Assembly (NCBI GenBank): GCA_036522075.1
Contig: DATDGM010000140.1
Location: 4,004-68,003 of the forward strand
Reading direction: 5' to 3'
From: Candidatus Sulfotelmatobacter sp.
GTDB lineage: Bacteria; Acidobacteriota; Terriglobia; Terriglobales; Acidobacteriaceae
DNA length: 64,000 bases
The translations under genes were made by a program, and so were the position numbers. The notes below the pieces were generated by a model, which saw only the letters and a list, made by a program, of their open reading frames with translations, was not told where the DNA came from and made no database searches. The stretch's first letter is position 1; every line of letters begins with the position of its first letter. Positions 52,149 to 60,347 of the stretch are shown here, in pieces.

Positions 52149-53471
52149 GTGGATCTCCTGACGGCGTATCCGCCGACCACCGCCGTTCCCGCCAAGGCCG
52201 GTGGGCCTGTGGCCGAGGAACGGCTACGTGTGCTGCAGCGCCTGGGTGTGCTCTGCGGCGTAGCTGCAGGCGCGTGGCTGGGGGCAGCCGAAGTTCCCGC
52301 CAAGCTGGTCTCTTCTGGGCTATCCCCTGTCCTGGTTTCCCTGGTCATGGTGCTGGGCGTCTTTCTCGGCCGGTGGACCCTGCCGGCCATAGTTCGCGGC
52401 ACTTCTCAGACGCGAGCCGACTTTCTGCAGGCGCCGCACTTGGTCATCTGGGCGATTCTCGCTGGTTGTTTGTGGGCCGTCGCCAATACGCTCACCATCT
52501 TTGCCATCCGCGATCTCGGCCTCAGCATTGCCTTTCCTTTATGGAATACCAACGCGATTATCGGGATCGCCTGGGGAGTGCTTTTCTTTGGCGAACTAAA
52601 GAATGCGGGATGGGCGCGCTGGAGCGCAGTGAGCGGCGGCGCTGTTCTCATGTTTTGCGGCGGAGTCATCTTGGCGCGAGTCTCTGCCAATCAGATCTCA
52701 TCCCGCATGGTCATTCAGGGTGTCGCCGCCGCACTTGGCGCCGGAGTGCTGTGGGGCACGATGTATATCCCGTATCGCAAGGCATATCTTTCGGGCATGA
52801 ACCCGCTGTCGTTCGTGTCATTCTTCACGATAGGAGAGCTCGGCATGATGGCGGTGCTGTCCGCCCACTACATTGGCGGCGCGATGGCGCTCTGGCAGCA
52901 ATTGAGAGACGCCCGGCACCTCCTGTTTTGGCTGCTCGGCGCAGGTTTCGTGTGGGTGATTGGCGATATCTTTCAGCAGTACGCGGTGAAATACATCGGC
53001 GTAAGCCGCGGCATCCCGCTCTCCAATTCGAACCAGCTCTGGGGGTTGCTGTGGGGCGCGCTGGCTTTTGGAGAACTGAGGGCATGGAGCCATTCCGGAG
53101 TGGCCAGCGCGATTTACGGATCTATCCTGATGGCAGGCGGATTGGCCGCGATCTCGTTCTCCGTGGCGGGCCGCTCGGAACATGAGCAGTGGCGGCAAGC
53201 GGCCGAGCGTGAGGGGAAACGCTACCGCCTTGATGCCCAGTTTGTCAGCTCTGCGCTGGAAGGAAAAGGGGCCGCGCCCACCCAGGCAAGAACCTGGTTC
53301 GACTGGCTTTTGGTTGCTGTGGCCACTGCGGCATTTGTCGCAACCGGAGTCGTTGCCCGTTGGCCTTCTCAGGATCTGAATTGGCAGACCGCCGCTGCTC
53401 TGTCTGGAATCAGCCTGCTGTTATTTGCCATCACGGCGGCTTGGTTGTGGAAAGCAACCAGGTTCAATTAG
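52149..53471 (+). CDS. DMT-superfamily (GRP/EamA-like) multi-pass membrane transporter with C-terminal extension
   Basis: 440-aa ORF with a GTG start (position uncertain). It has about 10-12 TM helices. Two related half-motifs are present: WNTNAIIGIAWGVLFFGELK and SNSNQLWGLLWGALAFGELR. Confidence 0.6.
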   Translation: MDLLTAYPPTTAVPAKAGGPVAEERLRVLQRLGVLCGVAAGAWLGAAEVPAKLVSSGLSPVLVSLVMVLGVFLGRWTLPAIVRGTSQTRADFLQAPHLVIWAILAGCLWAVANTLTIFAIRDLGLSIAFPLWNTNAIIGIAWGVLFFGELKNAGWARWSAVSGGAVLMFCGGVILARVSANQISSRMVIQGVAAALGAGVLWGTMYIPYRKAYLSGMNPLSFVSFFTIGELGMMAVLSAHYIGGAMALWQQLRDARHLLFWLLGAGFVWVIGDIFQQYAVKYIGVSRGIPLSNSNQLWGLLWGALAFGELRAWSHSGVASAIYGSILMAGGLAAISFSVAGRSEHEQWRQAAEREGKRYRLDAQFVSSALEGKGAAPTQARTWFDWLLVAVATAAFVATGVVARWPSQDLNWQTAAALSGISLLLFAITAAWLWKATRFN

Positions 53472-53559
53472 TTAGGGAGTCGGCGAGCTCCATGCTCCGT
53501 GCGCGGGTTGGTTTCGCATCACGGCTGAGAATTCTGTCGCTCAGGAGTGCCGGCCGTCG

Positions 53560-53609
53560 GGAAATTCCGGTAGTGGTTCAGTTTGAGCCTGAACCACTAG
53601 CGAAATTCC
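53560..53609. repeat. Hairpin copy of the GGAAAT.CCGGTAGTGGTTCAG repeat family (possible terminator)
   Basis: GGAAATTCCGGTAGTGGTTCAG, then loop TTTGAGC, then CTGAACCACTAGCGAAATTCC. The inner 11 bp pair perfectly. It lies ~90 nt downstream of the transporter stop and has no clear T-tract. Confidence 0.6.
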
Positions 53610-53830
53610 TTTGCGTTTGCGCGGGCCACTCTCGAAGGAGTAGAATCACGCGCAATCCAGCCCCTGTATGGGATTAAAGCGTCCAGCGTGTCGTGCGCAT
53701 TCTTGCAGTATCCGATCCGGAAAAAGAGGTATGATGTTTTGCGAAACTTGTGCGCCGAAATATCCGGCGTAGTGTTCTCACTGGAGCGTTACCTCAAGTC
53801 GTGCGCGGTTTGCGACCTTGGAGTCTGAAA

Positions 53831-55951
53831 ATGAACGAAAATGTGGGACGTTTTGTGCGTCTCGGGGTGGGCCTCTTGAGCTTGGTGGTTTTGGGATGTG
53901 TGCTCACGGGATTTGCAGCCAAGCCCGCTCAACACGGCATCCCGCTGCCCACCGATTGGAGTCACAGCCATCTCATCTTCTCGCGGCCGGCTTCGGTCGA
54001 GCAGGCCATGCGCTTGCAAAAGGATCCGCGCTTCGAGCAGCAACTCTATCGCCGCGCCCAGGCGTTGAGGCTTCCTTTCGCCGGGACGGACGGTGGTGAC
54101 CTAATTTCTTCCCAACTACGGCTCCCGCTCCGCCGCGGTGGCTTGAAGGGGCTTTGGGAAGAGAGTCTGGGTGCCGGCGCAACCGTTGGAGCGGTTAACT
54201 TCCCGGCCAAATTCTCGTTCAACAGCAGCGTGGCCAACTGCGGCGGTGCGACGACTCCAGATTTCGTTGTCTACAGCACCGGCTTGGCTGGTTCCGGAAC
54301 CCAAGCCAGCATCATTGCCTACGACAACCTCTATGTTGGGTGCACCGGGATTGTGCCCTCCACCTATTGGGCATACAATACCGGCGGCCAGATCTTGACT
54401 TCGCCAGACTTCTCCTTAGATGGTACGCAGGTGATGTTCGTCCAGGCCACTGGCGGCATCGGAAGCTTTGTGTTGTTGAAGTGGAAGGCCTCCGCGACTG
54501 AAACCGTAGGCGCCCCTGGCGTTCCGACGAGTGTCTCTAACGCTTCGTATTCAGGGTGCGCAGCCCCATGCATGACGTCGATCCAACTCCAGGACACCAG
54601 CCACGTTCCAACCAACGACGTAACTTCTTCCGTGTACTATGACTTTTCTGGCGACACCGCATGGGTGGGCGATAGCCGCAACTGGCTCCACCGTTTCAAC
54701 CCGGTTATTAAGGGGACTCCGGCAGAGGTAGTATCCTCCTGGCCCGTGCAACTGAACCCAGGCAATGCCACGGCTCTAGCCAGCCCAGTTTATGATCAGG
54801 TTTCGGGGAACGTTTTCGTCGGTGACGCGGGCGGGTTTTTCTATCGCGTAAGCGCGTCTACCGGCGCCGTGACTGCGTCCAGCCAAATTGGTCACGGCAC
54901 GGGTGCCGGCGCGGGCATCGTGGCGGGTCCGATCGTCGATTCCACAGCCGAAGTGGCTTACGTGTTTGCGTCGAATGACGGCGTTGCGCCCTCCGCCGCC
55001 GTATACCGGTTCGCTTCAGGTTTCGCTACGGGAACCGCGGGTGCAAAGGCAATCGTTGGAACGAGTGCGGCCGCTCCCGAGCCGCTTTACGAAGGAGCTC
55101 TCGACAGCGCCTACGAGAACTCAGTCAACGCCGCAGGCAATCTCTATGTCTGCGGACACACGAGCGGCCGTCCCTTCTTATACCAGGTGCAGATCACGTC
55201 CGGCGGCGTCCTAGGGACGGTGACTACCGGTCCGCCCATTGCCACTGCTGGCACAGGGTGCTCTCCTGTCACCGATATCCTCAACCGCAACGCGACGGGA
55301 GGGCGAACCGAATGGATCTTCGCCGGGGTCCAAAACAACGGCAGAGAAACCCCTTGCGGCGGCGGCGGCTGCGTGATGAACTTTAAAGACACCCCCTGGC
55401 AGCCCTTGACTGCATATAGCGTCGGTCAAGAGATTGTCGACAGCAACTTTCATGTCCAAATGGTGATCACGGGGGGAACCTCGGCGGCAGCCGCCCCCAC
55501 TTGGAGCGCGAGCTTGGGCGCCCCACCCTTGGACGAGACCGCAGACGGCGGGGTCACGTGGGTGAACCTGGGCCTTACAGCCGGGACGACGCCCGTGGCC
55601 TGGGTGCCAGGTCATAGGTACGCTGTGGGCAACTTTATCGAAGACACGAACTCTGCGATTGAAGTCGTGACGGCCATATTCGGTGCTAGCCACTCCGGCG
55701 GGGTCCAGCCGACATGGAATACCACCTTCGGACAGACCACTGCTGATAGCCAGGTCACCTGGACCAACGCGGGCCCGGCGACCGGCGCCCTTGCCTCTGC
55801 AGGCGGAAGCAGCGCCATCATTGTCGACAACACCGTTACTAGCGGTGTGTCCGGCTCTCAGATCTATTTCTCAACACAGGCCAATCAGACGTGTGGGGCA
55901 ACGCCAAATGTTGGCTGTGCAGTGCAAGCGTCGCAATCGGCGTTAAAATAA
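53831..55951 (+). CDS. Large secreted protein, beta-propeller-like (PQQ/BamB-type repeats) with two C-terminal Trp-rich ~60-aa repeats
   Basis: I prefer ATG 53831 (GGAG upstream), giving MNENVGRFVRLGVGLLSLVVLGCVLTGFAA as a signal anchor. Motifs such as GNVFVGDAGGFFYRVSASTGAV resemble propeller blades. The tandem C-terminal repeats end in VTWVNLG and VTWTNAG. Confidence 0.75.
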   Translation: MNENVGRFVRLGVGLLSLVVLGCVLTGFAAKPAQHGIPLPTDWSHSHLIFSRPASVEQAMRLQKDPRFEQQLYRRAQALRLPFAGTDGGDLISSQLRLPLRRGGLKGLWEESLGAGATVGAVNFPAKFSFNSSVANCGGATTPDFVVYSTGLAGSGTQASIIAYDNLYVGCTGIVPSTYWAYNTGGQILTSPDFSLDGTQVMFVQATGGIGSFVLLKWKASATETVGAPGVPTSVSNASYSGCAAPCMTSIQLQDTSHVPTNDVTSSVYYDFSGDTAWVGDSRNWLHRFNPVIKGTPAEVVSSWPVQLNPGNATALASPVYDQVSGNVFVGDAGGFFYRVSASTGAVTASSQIGHGTGAGAGIVAGPIVDSTAEVAYVFASNDGVAPSAAVYRFASGFATGTAGAKAIVGTSAAAPEPLYEGALDSAYENSVNAAGNLYVCGHTSGRPFLYQVQITSGGVLGTVTTGPPIATAGTGCSPVTDILNRNATGGRTEWIFAGVQNNGRETPCGGGGCVMNFKDTPWQPLTAYSVGQEIVDSNFHVQMVITGGTSAAAAPTWSASLGAPPLDETADGGVTWVNLGLTAGTTPVAWVPGHRYAVGNFIEDTNSAIEVVTAIFGASHSGGVQPTWNTTFGQTTADSQVTWTNAGPATGALASAGGSSAIIVDNTVTSGVSGSQIYFSTQANQTCGATPNVGCAVQASQSALK

Positions 55952-55965
55952 ATGGGGTAAGCCTA

Positions 55966-56136
55966 ATGTCTATAGATCATCCAACTTCCGAACAGCCGTG
56001 CGCAGCGGCCAACCCAAAAAAGCCATACGAGAAGCCAGCCTTCCGCCACGAACAGGTTTTTGTCACTACCGCCTTGTCCTGCGGCAAAGTCGGGTCGGGG
56101 ACGAGCGCGTGCAGCATACACAGCAGTGCGTCATAA
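55966..56136 (+). CDS. Candidate RiPP precursor peptide (56 aa)
   Basis: MSIDHPTSEQPCAAANPKKPYEKPAFRHEQVFVTTALSCGKVGSGTSACSIHSSAS. It starts 14 nt after the upstream stop and ends 2 nt before the peptidase ATG. It has a leader-like YxxPxF motif and a Gly/Ser/Cys-rich C-terminal core. Confidence 0.65.
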   Translation: MSIDHPTSEQPCAAANPKKPYEKPAFRHEQVFVTTALSCGKVGSGTSACSIHSSAS

Positions 56137-56138
56137 AA

Positions 56139-56681
56139 ATGCCAAGACACACTGCGGCCGAATTGCACGTTCTAAAATGTGAACTGGCGGGTGAGGTTTT
56201 GCGCTCGTCGGGAAGTTTGCGGCTCCGCGTGACCGGATGGAGTATGTTGCCCACGATTTTTCCTGGCGATACGCTGATGATTGAACAAGCTGACAGTGAT
56301 CGCGTCGTCAAGGGCGATATCGTGCTATTCCGCTGGGATCGTCGGCTTTTTGTCCATCGGGTTTGTGGGAAGTGCGGCAGCGCTGGAGATATGCAGATCG
56401 TCACCCGGGGCGACGGTATGTCTCAGCCCGATCCGCCGGTCTCAAGCTCCGACTTGCTAGGCAAAGTTTCTTTCGTAGTCCGAGACGGGCGCTGTGTCGA
56501 GCCCGGCAAGCGTCTCGGCCTTTCCGGAAGCGCAGTAGCGGCTCTGGTCCGCCGTTCCTCGTCAGCCGCCCGGGTAGTTGTGGGAGTTCACAAGATGAGC
56601 CGACGTTCACCGACGCTGGCTTTACAGGAGCTGGGATCAAACGAACTGGTCATCCAGGAGCCTCATCCTTGCCAGAGTTGA
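56139..56681 (+). CDS. S24/S26-family serine peptidase (signal-peptidase/LexA-like)
   Basis: An internal ATG at 56139 of ORF 55998..56681 gives 180 aa. The motif is RVTGWSMLPTIFPGDTLMIEQADSDRVVKGDIVLF (nucleophile Ser in GWSM). Confidence 0.8.
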   Translation: MPRHTAAELHVLKCELAGEVLRSSGSLRLRVTGWSMLPTIFPGDTLMIEQADSDRVVKGDIVLFRWDRRLFVHRVCGKCGSAGDMQIVTRGDGMSQPDPPVSSSDLLGKVSFVVRDGRCVEPGKRLGLSGSAVAALVRRSSSAARVVVGVHKMSRRSPTLALQELGSNELVIQEPHPCQS

Positions 56682-57487
56682 CCACCGCCGTCGATTGCTA
56701 CCACCTCACCATTGAAATTGGAGGCATGCCGGTTCGCGTCAACACCACCGACGCGGCTTTTCTAGGCATGCTGCAGGATCGCTACGCAGGCTTCTTAAGT
56801 TCTTCGCAGTGTGCAGCGGTCGAATTTGACGTGGATTTGACCAGGCAGGGCGTCGGCGACCCGGATGCGGCAGTTCGTGTGAGTCAGCGCTCGGGGGAGT
56901 GGGCCCTCGATCGCGGCGATTTTCGCGCCGAATGGCGGCCGGCGTCGCGCACCGGCAGAATTCGCCAAACTGCCAACCCCTATTCGATCGATGCGGTTCT
57001 CCGCATCCTGCACACCCTCGTCCTGGCGCAAGAGCGGAGCGGGTTTCTGTTGCACGCCGCCAGCGCCATCCGCAACGGCAAGGCGTTTCTGTTTGCCGGA
57101 GTTTCCGGAGCAGGTAAGACCACGATTTCAAGACTTGCCCCTCCTGACACAACTCTTCTTACCGATGAAATCTCCTACGTACGGAAGCAAAATTCCGCCT
57201 ACATCGCTTTCGGCACTCCATTTACAGGGGAACTCGCCAAGCTAGGCGAAAATGTTTCCGCTCAGATTTCGAGGCTATATCTGCTCGCTCAGGGCCCGGA
57301 GAATCGGATCGACCCGGTACCTGCTGGCCAGGCTGCCCGTGAATTGCTCGCCAATGTACTTTTCTTTGCCGAAGACCAGGAATTGGTACAGAAGACATTC
57401 CATGCGGCTTGCGAATTCGTGAGCCGCGTGCCGGTCTCCAGACTGACCTTCGTTCCCGATGCCAGAGTATGGGAGTTGATCGCATGA
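56678..57487 (+). CDS. HprK-related P-loop kinase
   Basis: This frame of ORF 56363..57487. The likely start is TTG 56678, in a TTGA overlap with the peptidase stop. HAASAIRNGKAFLFAGVSGAGKTTISRL carries an HPr-kinase-like Walker A. Start is uncertain. Confidence 0.75.
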   Translation: MTTAVDCYHLTIEIGGMPVRVNTTDAAFLGMLQDRYAGFLSSSQCAAVEFDVDLTRQGVGDPDAAVRVSQRSGEWALDRGDFRAEWRPASRTGRIRQTANPYSIDAVLRILHTLVLAQERSGFLLHAASAIRNGKAFLFAGVSGAGKTTISRLAPPDTTLLTDEISYVRKQNSAYIAFGTPFTGELAKLGENVSAQISRLYLLAQGPENRIDPVPAGQAARELLANVLFFAEDQELVQKTFHAACEFVSRVPVSRLTFVPDARVWELIA

Positions 57488-57843
57488 GCAGACTTTACAT
57501 TGCACGCAATACTCGAGTAGCAGCCCGGAACCTCGACGGCGAGATGATGATCATGTCCGGCAAGGATTCGACTCTTTTTACGCTCAACAAAACCGCTACC
57601 ATTATCTGGCAGGCCGCCGACGGCGCCACTCCCCTTGACGAGATTGTCGAACGCCGGATTTGTCCGGAATACGAAATTGAACCGGCCGCCGCGTTACAAG
57701 ACGCGGAAACCCTGGCACTCGAACTCGCGTCCCACGGCATAGTAGATGTTTCGGAGAAGCCGATCGTTTCCGGAAGTGCGGATGGAAAGCCGCCTGCTGG
57801 GGGGCAGCGATCTGGAGAGCAACGATCTGGAGAGCAACGATGA
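57484..57843 (+). CDS. PqqD-family peptide-binding protein (RiPP recognition element)
   Basis: ATG 57484 is in an ATGA overlap with the kinase stop. ARNLDGEMMIMSGKDSTLFTLNKTATIIWQAADGATPLDEIV...DAETLALELASHGIV fits the PqqD pattern. The C-terminal tail is repetitive (GGQRSGEQRSGEQR). Confidence 0.85.
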   Translation: MSRLYIARNTRVAARNLDGEMMIMSGKDSTLFTLNKTATIIWQAADGATPLDEIVERRICPEYEIEPAAALQDAETLALELASHGIVDVSEKPIVSGSADGKPPAGGQRSGEQRSGEQR

Positions 57844-58964
57844 GCGGCTTGATGGAAGAAGTCACCACCAAGGCTCTCGCCCTCGGCATTCCGATGAGCG
57901 TGCAGCTCGACATTACCTACCGCTGCAACGAGCGATGTGTGCATTGCTATCTCGATCATGACGATCATGGCGAAATGACCACTGCAGAAATCAAGCACTT
58001 GCTCGATGAAATGGCCGATGCGGGCGTTTTCATACTTACCATCAGCGGTGGCGAGATTCTCATGCGCAAGGACTTCTTTGAGATTCTGGAACACGCGCGC
58101 CGCCGCACCTTTTGCATTAAGCTCAAGACCAATGCCGTGCTTATCCGCCAACGCGAGGCGGTCCGCATCCGTGATCTGGGCGTGGAGTCTGTTCAGATCA
58201 GTATTTACTCGCATCGGCCTGAAGTCCATGACGCCATCACCCTGGTTCCAGGCTCGCTCAAGCGCTCTCTCGACGCTATTCGTTTCCTCAAGTCTCAGGG
58301 GCTGAAGGTCAGGATTGCCAATGTCCTGATGATTCAGAACATGCAGGACTACAAGGGCGTGCGTGCGCTCGCCGAAGAACTGGGTGTGGAATTCACCATG
58401 GATCCGACCGTCACCCCCATGATGGATGGCGACCGCTCCGTTCTGAAACTTGGCATTGACACTGCCGCACTACAACGCGTGTTTCGCGATGAAGCGCTGG
58501 TGGGCGACGCGGAGGAATTCTGCGCTGTCAAGGGGCCCCCAGGCGACGATGAACTGCAATCTCTGCCGTGCAGTGCCGGGCATACTGCCGCCTACGTCTC
58601 GCCTTACGGCGACGTCTATCCCTGCGTTCAGTTCCCCCTCAGCTGCGGCAATGTGCGGCAACAGCGCTTCGTGGACATCTGGCGGGATTCCGAACAGCTG
58701 AAAGAAGTCCGCGCAATCCGCTTGAAAGATCTCTCTGGCTGTTCGCAATGCATGCACGGTACAAGTTGCTCACGCTGCCCCGGCCTGGCATACATGGAAG
58801 GCAATATGCGCGGTCCCTCCACGCAGGACTGCGAGAGGTCGTTCGCCAGAACTGGAATCCCCTCCGTCAATCTGCAAGCGAAGATGTTGCAGTCGAAAAA
58901 GCCCTCCGCCGCCAGCCTCGTCCAGATACGCATGCAGCCTGCCGTCGCAACAGTATCGGCGTAG
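57840..58964 (+). CDS. Radical SAM / SPASM-domain peptide maturase
   Basis: 374-aa ORF in an ATGA overlap with the PqqD stop. It has DITYRCNERCVHCY (CxxxCxxC) and ISGGE. The C-terminal Cys-rich block CSAGHT...YPCVQFPLSCGN...CSQCMHGTSCSRCPG is typical of SPASM auxiliary clusters. Confidence 0.9.
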   Translation: MSGLMEEVTTKALALGIPMSVQLDITYRCNERCVHCYLDHDDHGEMTTAEIKHLLDEMADAGVFILTISGGEILMRKDFFEILEHARRRTFCIKLKTNAVLIRQREAVRIRDLGVESVQISIYSHRPEVHDAITLVPGSLKRSLDAIRFLKSQGLKVRIANVLMIQNMQDYKGVRALAEELGVEFTMDPTVTPMMDGDRSVLKLGIDTAALQRVFRDEALVGDAEEFCAVKGPPGDDELQSLPCSAGHTAAYVSPYGDVYPCVQFPLSCGNVRQQRFVDIWRDSEQLKEVRAIRLKDLSGCSQCMHGTSCSRCPGLAYMEGNMRGPSTQDCERSFARTGIPSVNLQAKMLQSKKPSAASLVQIRMQPAVATVSA

Positions 58965-59150
58965 AGAATGCTCGTGTGGAGGCAACCGCCTCGGCTCCCC
59001 CCTGGGCGAAGCCTGGCGGATCGTCCACCGAACCCCGCTCTAGCCCTGCGACGGCGAAAGCGCCATTCGACGAGAAACTCGCATATGGAAGCGATGGTGT
59101 CGCGCACTCATCCCACCCGCTTCAGGTAGACTGCCCCCCGAGGCTCAGCT

Positions 59151-60347
59151 GTGCCCGAGACCGTTCCCGAAATCGCGAGTACGCCAGGCGCGCAATGCGA
59201 CGTGGAGTGGACGCTGCTGCAGGCCGCCTGTTCCGCAAACGCCAGCCTGGAAAGCTCTAGTCAGCAGAAAAACCGCCTCCGTGGCCTGCTTGAGAATCGG
59301 TTAAACTGGGAATCTCTGCCGCAATTGGCCGAACGGCACGGCGTTGGACCCTTGCTCTACAAGGCCGTGTCGTCACTGGGCAGTGACGCGCCAGCCGGCC
59401 CCTCTTTACTGCAACAGCACTACCAAACCAATCTGCACCGCACTCTGTTTCTCGCTCGCGAACTGATCCGCATCCTCGATCACTTCGATTCCCTGGCCAT
59501 CGACGTCTTGCCCTACAAGGGCGTGGCCTTGGCCGAGATGCTCTACGGTGACATTGCGATGCGCCAGGCCGGCGACATCGATCTGCTGATTCGGCCGCAG
59601 GATTTGACCCGCATCAGGCACGCGCTGGCGGAACTGGGATACAAACCCCACGAGCAGTTTTCAGAAGCCGAGGAGCGCGCCTATCTCCGCTCTGGATATG
59701 AATGCGCCTTCGATAGCAACCTGGGACGCAATCTTCTGGAAGTCCAGTGGGCGCTGCAGCCGCGCTTCTATGCCGTCGATTTCGAGATGGAATCTCTGTT
59801 TCGCCGCGCCGTCACGGTCTGCGTCGCGAGTCGAAATATGAAAACACCCTCGCTGGAGGATCTTTTCCTCATCCTCTCTCTGCACGCGGCCAAGCATGTG
59901 TGGGGGCGGTTGATCTGGCTCTGTGACATTTCCCAGATTCAAAAATTGCCGGCACTCAAGTGGGATTGGATCGGCGAGACGGCGCACTCGCTCGGAATTG
60001 CGCGCATTCTGCAGGTCACGCTGCTGTTGACGAAGATAGTGCTGGGGGCGCCAATTCCGGCCCCTGCCGAAAAACTTCTGCGTCCCGATCAGGCAGCTGT
60101 CGCACTGGCGAACGAGATTGCCCCCAAGCTCGGCAACCGCTCGCCGCACGATGTGGAGTCTTTCTCTTACTTTCACCTCATGATGCGCTTGCGGGAACGA
60201 AAAGCAGATCGCGTTCGCTTTCTTAAACGGCTTGCTTTCACACCAGGGCCTGGCGAATGGAAGTCAATTCGTTTACCGGCACCGCTGTTTCCCATGTACC
60301 GCCTGGTTCGGTTGGCGCGCCTGGCCGGCAGGGTGGCTAAGCTGTAA
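59151..60347 (+). CDS. Nucleotidyltransferase-family protein (NTP_transf_5-like)
   Basis: 398-aa ORF with a GTG start. YKGVALAEMLYGDIAMRQAGDIDLLIRPQDLTRIRHALAELGY matches the uncharacterised nucleotidyltransferase family that often sits beside PqqD/HprK-like genes. Confidence 0.75.
   Translation: MPETVPEIASTPGAQCDVEWTLLQAACSANASLESSSQQKNRLRGLLENRLNWESLPQLAERHGVGPLLYKAVSSLGSDAPAGPSLLQQHYQTNLHRTLFLARELIRILDHFDSLAIDVLPYKGVALAEMLYGDIAMRQAGDIDLLIRPQDLTRIRHALAELGYKPHEQFSEAEERAYLRSGYECAFDSNLGRNLLEVQWALQPRFYAVDFEMESLFRRAVTVCVASRNMKTPSLEDLFLILSLHAAKHVWGRLIWLCDISQIQKLPALKWDWIGETAHSLGIARILQVTLLLTKIVLGAPIPAPAEKLLRPDQAAVALANEIAPKLGNRSPHDVESFSYFHLMMRLRERKADRVRFLKRLAFTPGPGEWKSIRLPAPLFPMYRLVRLARLAGRVAKL

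Noticed and set aside
52030-52161. 43-codon ORF (MSNHSQVRADSRIKMLRAVATDAQFLVPTVVLIGGLILLRWIS) upstream of, and overlapping, the annotated start of the DMT transporter.
   Set aside because: It has a single hydrophobic tail, no recognisable RBS and no homology I can cite. It cannot be told apart from a chance ORF without conservation or expression data.
58965-59150. 186-nt gap between the rSAM and nucleotidyltransferase genes, checked for a second precursor peptide (25-codon ORF MLVWRQPPRLPPGRSLADRPPNPAL).
   Set aside because: It has no leader-like YxxP motif, no Cys/Ser-rich core and no RBS. It is probably non-coding spacer.
55966-60347. Interpretation of the RiPP operon as a lasso peptide cluster (YxxPxF leader, PqqD, HprK-like kinase, nucleotidyltransferase).
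   Set aside because: The window has no Asn-synthetase-like lasso cyclase and no transglutaminase-like B2 protease. The putative core has no Asp or Glu at positions 7-9 to form the macrolactam. A radical SAM/SPASM enzyme occupies the maturase slot instead.
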